Source: Epithemia pelagica
Taxonomy: Eukaryota; Protista; Bacillariophyta
Direction of reading: 5' to 3'
DNA: 64,000 bases
Assembly: GCA_946965045.2 (NCBI GenBank)
Contig: OX337232.1
Coordinates: 2,604,001-2,668,000, forward strand
This document shows, piece after piece, positions 32,264 to 41,300 of the stretch. How positions within the stretch are numbered: the stretch's first letter is position 1; every line of letters begins with the position of its first letter. The notes under the pieces were generated by a model. It searched no databases. It was not told where the DNA came from and was given only the letters and a program-made list of their open reading frames with translations. The translations under genes were made by a program, and so were the position numbers.

Positions 32264-34277
32264 ATGTCCAGCAGTTCCAAATACTCCTCCGTCAGTTCGG
32301 GCAATCGCTCGGATTCGGTGCATTCGAACCTCCTTCGAGAATCCAAAGAGGATGTGTTTAAAAAATACGAAGTTGTGGAAATCTTGGGACAAGGGTCCAT
32401 GGTACGTCACAAACGTGCATTGGGGTGTGTGGGTTCTCTGACTGGGCTCATCTCCATGATTGAATTTTCTTGTTTTTTCTCTCCATGTCGTTAGGGCTAT
32501 GTTTCCAAAGTCAAAGTAAAGAGTAACATGGTGGGTGGTTCCGCCTTCCAACCAAAGATCAATGGCCCCTTTCCCCGAATCCGATCGATTCTTCGCAAGA
32601 AGAATACCAATTCGAGTCTTAACGGAACCGAATCGCCCACCTATGCGCTCAAAATGATTCAACTCGACCGCATCTCGCCCCTCTTTGTCGAGGAGCTCAA
32701 GAACGAAATTGCCATTATGCGCAACATGGATCATCCCAACATTGTCAAAGCCACAGAAGTCTATGTTTACCGCAAACAAATTTACATTATTATGGAAGCC
32801 TGCGACGGAGGAGATTTGTATACGCGTAGTCCCTACAGTGAACGACAAGCGGGACGGTACACGGCGCAGCTCTTGTCGGCCATTCAATACATGCACGATC
32901 ACAGCATTGTTCATCGGGATTTGAAGTATGAAAATATCATGTTTGAAACTACATCCGCCCATTCCGAAATCAAGGTGATTGATTTTGGCCTCTCCAAAAA
33001 GTTTTTGAGTGAAAAACCCGGTGTCATGACGGAACGAGTCGGAACCGTTTACACGTAAGAAAGAAAACTTACTGGGTCACAAATGTACCTTGGTTAGTGT
33101 TCTCACATTTCAATTTTTTGTTGTGGCTTGCTTCAGAATGGCGCCTCAGGTTCTTCAAGGGATTTAGTAAGTTCAATGTGTGTCTTACTCTCAGCTCCCA
33201 GTCATCAGTCGCACTCACGTCGTTTCGTTTCTCGTAGCTCATCACAGGCTGATTTATGGGCCGAAGGAGTTGTTTCTTACATGTTGCTGTCGGCGTCAAA
33301 GCCCTTTATGCACAAACGCCGTCGCAAGATGATTGATTTGATCATGCGTGCAGACTACAATTTCGACGCACCCGTATGGGATGGCATCTCGGCCGAGGCC
33401 AAGGACTTCGTCGCATCCTTGTTGGTGATTGATCCCAAACTTCGATTGGACGCCAAGCAAGCGCTGGATCATCCATGGATTGTGAATCGTGAACAGTTAA
33501 AAGACGAAGTGCCACCGGAGGAAGTCTTGTTGGCCATGCCAGAAAGTTTGGTGAGATACAAGGATTCGTCGAGTCTCAAGAAACTGGCACTCAATGTGAT
33601 TGCCCATCGGTCCACGTCGGATGAAATTTTGCATTTGAGAAAAACCTTTGAAGCCTATGACACGGAACGCAATGGTGTCATTAGTTATGAAGAGTTCAAA
33701 GCTGCACTGGAGAAGGCTGAGTACTCCGAAGATTCCTTGCAGGAAATCTTTGAGTCCATTGACGTCAACAACAATGGTCACATCAACTATACGGAATTCC
33801 TGGCTGGTACGTCTACCGGGCAAATATTTCTGGTTGTATTTTTGCCATTGATACTCACATTTATTTTTACCATTGATACTCACATTACTCTTTTTGTCGG
33901 ATACAGCCACCATGGAAGCGCATGGTCACATTGAAGAACGTCGCATTGCAGAAGCCTTTGACCGTATGGACAGTGATGATTCTGGTTACATATCGAAACA
34001 AAATCTTCGTGAGCTTTTGGGTAAAGACTATCCCAAGGAATATGTCGATGCCTTGGTTGCCGACGCGGACACGGACGGAGATGGTCGTATCTCGTATCCG
34101 GAATTCCTGGCATTGTTCCGCAAAGACACGGTCGCTCGAGCTGGAGAACTCGCACGAATTGACACCGACCCGGTGGACTCCACAACCGACAATGGATTGG
34201 TTGGACTGGATGCCAAAATTCCAGGTGGCCGGTTTGATTCCAACCTACCAGACAGTTTGAAACAACAAATCCAATAA
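32264..34277 (+). CDS. Calcium-dependent protein kinase (CDPK-A), 5 exons
   Basis: Exons 32264-32401, 32495-33054, 33137-33166, 33238-33806 and 33907-34277 join in frame. GQGSMG, ALK, HRDLKYEN, DFG, MAPQ, DLW; four EF hands (DTERNGVISYEE, DVNNNGHINYTE, DSDDSGYISKQN, DTDGDGRISYPE). Confidence 0.92.
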
Positions 34278-34660
34278 AAGCATTCGTGTGGAACTTCTTT
34301 TTGTGCAGAGCATCGAAGGTTACATTGAAATTCCTGTCAAAAAGTGATGTTATGTCGTAGAGGCTTTGAGTGGGGTAAAACAACAACGACACAAACATAA
34401 TTCATGGTGAACTCTCCGTGTCGAATAGAAAATGCGGATTTTTAAATGTATTAAGATGGCTTTGAGACGGATCTTTTTGTGAAACAAGACTTGTCATATT
34501 GTACTTGGTAGAAACAACTAGATCGCAAATCATCTAGACCCCTGCCTTCCATCCCTATTCCTAGTGTCAGTTTTGACATTCTTGATAATGCTATATATAG
34601 TCCCGATCACGACATGATCCACACCATGACAATCCGGAGTGATTATGCATTTATTCTTCT

Positions 34661-37546
34661 TTAAGTATGATCTTCTCGGACTGTGAATCGACCATTTACA
34701 ATGCTTTTACCGGAAAGAGATGGCCGCGAGGAGGAGTCCTGTGTTGACAATCCATTTACTTTCTCTGTGGCAGATGTTACGAAAGGGTCTCGATTAGATG
34801 GATCTTGTGAGCTCGGCCTTGGTAATGGGAGGAAACAAAAGTTGTTAGCGTCCTTGTCGTGCTCTGATTCATGTTGCTGTTGCTCCGTCTCTTTAATTTG
34901 TTCGACATCGTTCTCCCCCGAATCGACCAATCTTTCTCTAGAAGAGGAGTCATGTCGTTCTTTCGATTCCTCTAATGGGGCGTGATCCCCCTTCGAAACC
35001 CCTGCTGAATCACTCGATGACTTTGAAGGCGATGAAGAACGCAATGCTCTTTTAGAGTCGTCCTGTCCAGCACGATTTCCGTTCAAGAATGATCTTGACG
35101 GCGACCGTGATCGTGAATTTTGTCTTTTGAAAGGCGATATAGAGCGCAATGACCTTTTCGAGTCGCGCTGTCCAGCACGATTTCCGTTCTCTAATATTCT
35201 GGACGGTGATAGCGACCGTGGTGAATTCGGTCCTCTTGAAGATTCTGGCGACACAGCAATCCCATGTCGCTGCAAAACCTCTTCAGCAGCAGTTTCTTCC
35301 TCGTGGCTCCCAGACACTTGATATATATCTTGAATATTATCGTGTTGTTTGCGGTTAAACACCTGCAAGAACTCTTGATAGCTTATCTGTCCGTTTTTGG
35401 CAATATCAGCTTCCGCAATCAATCTATCGATGTATTTATCATCTTTTGCTCGATTCCCAAGAAGCTTTTTGAGGTTGTCACGAGAAATGTATCCCGAATC
35501 GTCACTGTCTAACACATCGAAAGCTTCCGCCAAGCGATATTCTTCAATGTTGCCTTGCGTTTCCAATGTAGCGGCCAGAAACTCTGTGTAGTTGATCACA
35601 TTGTTTTTGTTCACGTCGACTTTTCGAAAGATCTTTTTGATTTCCTTCTCCGAATATTCGAAATGAGACAGTGCTGCCTTGAATTCGTCCAGTGTAATTG
35701 TTCCCGTGTTTAGCGTGTCGAATTCATCAAAAACTTTGCGAAGCTCAAATATTTCAGAACTGGTAGATTTCTTTGCGACAACGTTCAAGGCTAACCTTCT
35801 GAATTCACCCATGTCTGCGTATTGCACAATGTTGGCGCGAACCCTATTCTTGAACTCTTCTGTCGTAAGAGGAGGAAGATCATCGTCTTCTTCGTCATCA
35901 TCTGTTTCGAGAGGAGCACCAATGTTGAAAGCCTCGTTCAATTCATAGGATGTGGTTGCTGTTTGACCATTGACGCCCTCGCTCGATTCCTCGACAATCA
36001 ACTGACCACTCTTTCGATTCAAACGAGAATCAAACCACTCGTGATTTTTGGCAGTATCAGCAGTCAATCGATCCAATGGTTCCAACACCAAGAGTTGCGA
36101 TATAAATGATTTCGCTTGCTCTGATATTGTGGTCCACACATCGCGCTTCTCATCGTCTGCTTCATTGCTCTCTGACTTGGTCGTGAATTCATAGTTGCAC
36201 TGTAGTACATTGGCGACCAGTTGTTTTGGTGTTTGGCCATCGAACGGTCTATTCATGGACAACATAATATAAGTACATACTCCAATACTCCACAAATCGG
36301 CTTGTGTTGTATAAATGCCTTTCATAGTTTCGGGGCTCATGGAGTAGAGTGTACCAACACGTTCCGTAAGGACGTTGTTGTTGGGTGAAAACACTTTGGA
36401 CAGACCAAAGTCAATCACTTTGATGGCAGCCTCAGGGTGTTTGGATTCCCACAGGATATTCTCCAGCTTGATGTCTCGGTGAATGATGCGCTTGGAATGC
36501 ATGTAGGAAATCGCCGAGAGTACTTGTCGCATGGCGTTGGCCACTTGTCGTTCCGTATAGGGCATGCGAGCATGCATATCTCCACCTGTACACAATTCCA
36601 TGACAATCATGAGTTTCTTGTATTTGCGCATCTGAAAGGTTTCATACGCCTTGATGATGTTCTTATGATCCAGTGTTTTCAATATTTCCACTTCATTTTT
36701 TAATTGATCAATTTTGTCCTTTTCTACAAGTGCCAAGTTGATGACTTTCAAGGCAAAGAACATATTTGGACCTTTTTCGACTGATGGCAAAATGAAGCTA
36801 ACCGAGCTCGATGGTGTTGCTGTGAGACTTCCAGGTTCGGTCGATGCTCTTTGATTTAATTGTTCTGGTCGAGGAGGAACCTCAGTCAATTCCGAAAAAT
36901 TTTCATCGGGAACATCATCGGGACGCGGCGCTCCACTAGAATCGGATGCCGCATTTTCTGGGATCCCTCCTCCTGATCGAGAAGGGGGTATATTATGATT
37001 GCTGGATTCGGCCGAAGATCCTTCGCTCGGTTGCGAAGGCGATATCAATGTGGGTGCCGAGACTGGTCTTGGAAAAGCGCTCCCCGTAGGAGTGAGTGTT
37101 TGCACCGACTTGGTACCCACCAATCCTCCCAATCCAATGCTTCGTCGAACATTACTCACCCTATGAAACTTTTTTCGTCGCACTCCTTCCGGACGAGAGG
37201 ACCCTCCAATTTTATCTTCGTATTTCTGAACTCGATAAATTTTACACAATCCTCCATTTCCAATTTCATTCATGACTTGATAAATATCATCGAAGTCAAC
37301 TTTCTTATCTCTTTCACGGACCAAGGCTTCATGAAAGGATCGGCCGGCATTTTTTCCTCCTGTCTGTGGTGTCGGTCGTGTTTCATAGGTGCTAAAGATG
37401 CTGCTAGCGTTGGCACCACCTTCCACCACCAAGTCGTTGTTGTTGCTTTTGTGACGGCTGTTTTTGGTCGAGTCGCGAGCTCTTCTCTTTCGACAAATCA
37501 GGTCGTCACCTCTGCAAAGCAAGGGCCTACTCCCACCACTTCCCAT
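34661..37546 (-). CDS. Calcium-dependent protein kinase (CDPK-B), N-myristoylation motif
   Basis: MGSGGS start; EIGNGG, FALK, HRDIKLEN, DFG, SPE; EF-hand region; SP-rich C-terminal tail. Confidence 0.9.
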   Translation of the reverse strand: MGSGGSRPLLCRGDDLICRKRRARDSTKNSRHKSNNNDLVVEGGANASSIFSTYETRPTPQTGGKNAGRSFHEALVRERDKKVDFDDIYQVMNEIGNGGLCKIYRVQKYEDKIGGSSRPEGVRRKKFHRVSNVRRSIGLGGLVGTKSVQTLTPTGSAFPRPVSAPTLISPSQPSEGSSAESSNHNIPPSRSGGGIPENAASDSSGAPRPDDVPDENFSELTEVPPRPEQLNQRASTEPGSLTATPSSSVSFILPSVEKGPNMFFALKVINLALVEKDKIDQLKNEVEILKTLDHKNIIKAYETFQMRKYKKLMIVMELCTGGDMHARMPYTERQVANAMRQVLSAISYMHSKRIIHRDIKLENILWESKHPEAAIKVIDFGLSKVFSPNNNVLTERVGTLYSMSPETMKGIYTTQADLWSIGVCTYIMLSMNRPFDGQTPKQLVANVLQCNYEFTTKSESNEADDEKRDVWTTISEQAKSFISQLLVLEPLDRLTADTAKNHEWFDSRLNRKSGQLIVEESSEGVNGQTATTSYELNEAFNIGAPLETDDDEEDDDLPPLTTEEFKNRVRANIVQYADMGEFRRLALNVVAKKSTSSEIFELRKVFDEFDTLNTGTITLDEFKAALSHFEYSEKEIKKIFRKVDVNKNNVINYTEFLAATLETQGNIEEYRLAEAFDVLDSDDSGYISRDNLKKLLGNRAKDDKYIDRLIAEADIAKNGQISYQEFLQVFNRKQHDNIQDIYQVSGSHEEETAAEEVLQRHGIAVSPESSRGPNSPRSLSPSRILENGNRAGQRDSKRSLRSISPFKRQNSRSRSPSRSFLNGNRAGQDDSKRALRSSSPSKSSSDSAGVSKGDHAPLEESKERHDSSSRERLVDSGENDVEQIKETEQQQHESEHDKDANNFCFLPLPRPSSQDPSNRDPFVTSATEKVNGLSTQDSSSRPSLSGKSIVNGRFTVREDHT

Positions 37547-38320
37547 TGTGTGGTTCTCTGTTTGGTTCCGAAACGAGATGGAAGGCGAATTGGATTCTGT
37601 GTGTCTTTGTCTCTGATTTCAGAATCGAAAGAGATAAAGAATAAAGGGTCCACACTTTCTCTAGAAAATAAACGAAGTTTCATGCAAGAAAGTGGATCGC
37701 CCAGTTACGTTGCATTCCCCTTTCGTGCGTTAGTTGTTGTTGTTGTTGTTTCCATTGATGGTTCTCTTACCCTTGCCCTTCCTCGATGATTGGTTTGGTT
37801 CTTTTGGGCTCCCTGCCTCGGTGGCACAGTCTGCGCTTCTTTTCACTTTCTGACGATCGAAATGTCGTGTCGTAATGAATTCTTAGGGAGCAAGTGTGTC
37901 GTTTCAGCTGTCTCAGCTACTTTCCCTGATATAGTGAATCTTTGGACTTCGCATGTAGAGCAGCTGGCGCATGAATCCCAATGCTTCCATCTCCGAGCGA
38001 TGGGGTGTGGATCTACCTCAACGGACAGAAAACCGCTAAATCACGGTTATCCCATACCAGGTGTTAGTCGCGGTACACACTTACTGATAGTCGCAGAAAA
38101 AGCTACCTTGTCAAGCGAGAACTCCTCTCTAGAGTAGAGGAGTATCATATACTTTTGAAAGGGGTCTTTATGATATCAACTACTCCTACCTAGCTAGTAG
38201 GAGTATCAACACTCTAATGACACAAAAGCTTCTCTTGTCAACTTGTTTCATTGCTTCTTTCATGCAAGTCTATTCTACACATCGACATCATGCTTGATTG
38301 TCGTAGCAGCTCATTTGAAT

Positions 38321-41300
38321 TCATGTCTTCTGGTCGAAATTGACCTCTCTCACAATTGCTGTACTCAGGGCAGCATCTTTGGACTCGGACAACACATCTC
38401 CTAGCGTTGGAGTTGTCGTCACGCCATTCACAATTCTGTCTCTTTGCATCTTGTCAGGATCAAGGATGACAGGTTTCAGCACCAGCGACTTGGACTCCAT
38501 CGGTTCCTGTTTCTCATTTCTGTCGCTCTCAATGCCCACTTTGCCTCCTCCGGCATCTGCTTCAATCGGGACCTTATTTTCAAGTGTTTCAAAAATATCG
38601 GCTAAAGGCGGGGCAGTATTTTCCTCCATCTCGTTTTGTCTGTCAACTGCTTGTTGAGGAGGGTCAGTGGACTCGACTAAAGGCGGGACAATTAGTGTAT
38701 TTCCCTCCATCTCGTTTTGTCTGTCAACCCTCCCAGTTTCCTCCTCTCTTCTTTCGACGGAAGACTTGAAGTCCGTCACTGCAATTTCCTTCTGAATCCG
38801 TTCCATTTCGTTCTGCGAGCTAGTGTGGGTATTCACTACATTCGCCTCAAGTTCCTTTGTCGGTGACTCTTTCTCCTCAGTCTGACATGGCTCAGATACA
38901 TTCGGTTGGTCAGATTCGTCGCATGGGGGCAATGTCATTGCGGTATCGTCGCCATATCTATGGGAATTCACAGTCGCGGAAAGTCCTACTGTTACTGTTG
39001 CTTCTGTGACTTGTCCACATGATTCCGAAACATCTTGTTTTGGCGGCATGCCATCAACGGGTAAACCCATTACGGACTCAATGGGCATGGATGCGCCTCG
39101 CGTTTCAGGTGCTTCTGCGACTTCTTCACATGACTCGGAAACTTCTGGGTGTTGAGACTTGCCATCGCTAGCTGGTCGCAAGCCCATCCCGTCACTGGAA
39201 CGTTCTCCAGTAAGCCGTATTGACGCAGTTGTGGAATCAAATTTCATTGGTTCGCTCGACGAGGGCATGATGGCGCCATCACCCGCACGGTCGTTAACGG
39301 CATCAATGGACAGAGAAGCTGTTACCATTGCAGGTGCTTTTGGACCTTGGTCCAGAGACTCGTCATCGTCAGGTGTCACATTCATGCTACTTGTTCCCGG
39401 AAATTCTGATTGAGTGCCATCGAGTTCCTGTTCCATGGATGATTGCTCTCCTACTTCCTGACTTTCAGGCAGACTTTCGTTTGTGTCCTGTTTCATTCCA
39501 TCTACGGGGGCACCCTTCTCATAGTAATCTTCGACAGCGCACATATCAACTGGCTGGTTTTGTTCTTTTGTCTGAAATGGTTGCATATTCTTCGCCATCA
39601 AGTCGCTCTCCGAGCTGCTTTCGGTCGTCCCCATCTGGGCCCATGCTACGTCAGTTTCAGTTGTGTGATGCTTTCTCCCAACCTTCTTGGAGTCAATGTC
39701 CGCTTCGGCAATATGCCACTCTTCCTTCTCTGATTCCCTTGACGACGAGATCATTCTCTGTTTTTCTGTCGTAGAGGGCTCAACTATCCCTTCCTTTTTA
39801 AAGCAAGATTTAGTAAGTGGTGACTCACGGATTTTCATCTCATCATTTGTACGGTATGCCATTTCCTCTCCCGATGGACCGCTTACTTCGGGTTCTCCAG
39901 AAGCTGCTGCAACCAATGGTGATTTCTTCTCACTCGTTTCTCTTGTCATTGAACATAGTGCGATTTCTTCTTCCGGTGCAGACCCACCTTCTGTCAAATT
40001 CCCCAATGGTTCTCCATACTCACAATTACTATCTGACAGATCAGGGAGTCCAAAAATCAGACCATGCTTCTTTGTTGCTGGGGTATGCTTGTCGGTGGTT
40101 TCGATTTCTTGTCTTTCCTCAGGGTCCAAAGTTCCCGCTGTTCTTGACTCCGAAACGTTTGTAGAATATGGGTCTGTTTCTGTTCTGGGCAAAACATCTG
40201 AATCCAGTAGTTCAGTCGTAAGCACAGTAACTGGAAGCTCGTCACAAGCATCAAAGAATTCTGAGTTCGCCGCACTATCGGGTGAGAAATGGTTGACAAC
40301 GTTGTCCTTCTGTGCTGCAATAATTATCTGTTCCGGCATTCTCATCCGATCTTCAATGGTGATTCTTGTTTCTGTGGTGGCGTCCAACTCCCACGACGTC
40401 AACGTTGGATTTACTCCTGGTATCAATGCAAGTTCACCTTGGCTGGCATCAAAAAACTCTGTGGTATTTGGACTTTTGCTGAAACCGTTCAGCAGTTGTT
40501 CCGCGACTTCCTCTATGTTCATTTCTGTTTTAGCTGCGGCCATCTCCAACTCAAAAGCCTTCAGATCCTCCGATGACATTATTGATTCATCACTATGTCT
40601 GTGAACAGCAACTTTTTGCATCTCTGCTCGAGGTACACCGTTATTTTGCTCTGTAGCGGTTTCCAGATTTCTTGCGACGCCTCTCAAAAATGGTTCCGTG
40701 TCCTTAACTTTAATGTCAACCCTCGCCGCTTCTAGCTCCGACTTAGCAGCGGCAAGTTCCTCCCTAAACTGGACTACACCTTCGTCGTCTCCGGGATGAA
40801 AAGAGTTTCCTCTTTTTAGTTTTTTGTCTACATGATACGGGCTCATGGCAGTCAGAAGTTCGGATTTTGCAGCTTTAAGTTCCTCCTGGAACTCCGCTAA
40901 ACCATCATCCTCCACCCTTCTCTGATCGAACACATGGACAGCGCGGGCTGCTGTTTCTTCCTCGAAATTCTTCCACATGTTCGAAGCATCTTCTTCGGCC
41001 AACGTCATCTCCTTCTTTGCCATTCGGATTTCCGCCTGTAGCTCTGCCACGCCTTCTCCCTCTTCCTGATTCGACTCATACGTGGACATAGCACTCTCTT
41101 CTTCATCTTCGGGAACCTCCGGAACCGCATTTGATACCATCATCACGACTTGCTGGTTCTCTCTATCAATATGACGGTTTGGTTCAGTCTGCACAACCTC
41201 TGCCTGAGCTGGTTCCTCTGGTTCATCGGGTTTCGTCTTTAATCCGAGTAATGCTGATGCTTCCTCAATGGGATCAAAGTCGGCCCTGGCTGCTGTCAAC

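Noticed and set aside
31598-32962. 454-aa antisense ORF crossing pol, the 3' LTR and CDPK-A
   Set aside because: It spans three unrelated sequence blocks joined by a recent insertion and has no recognisable motifs; shadow ORF.
38620-38730. Duplicated VDRQNEME(G/E)NT peptide in the CDPK-C tail
   Set aside because: A real 81-nt-offset micro-duplication, but in low-complexity disordered sequence with no sign of special function.
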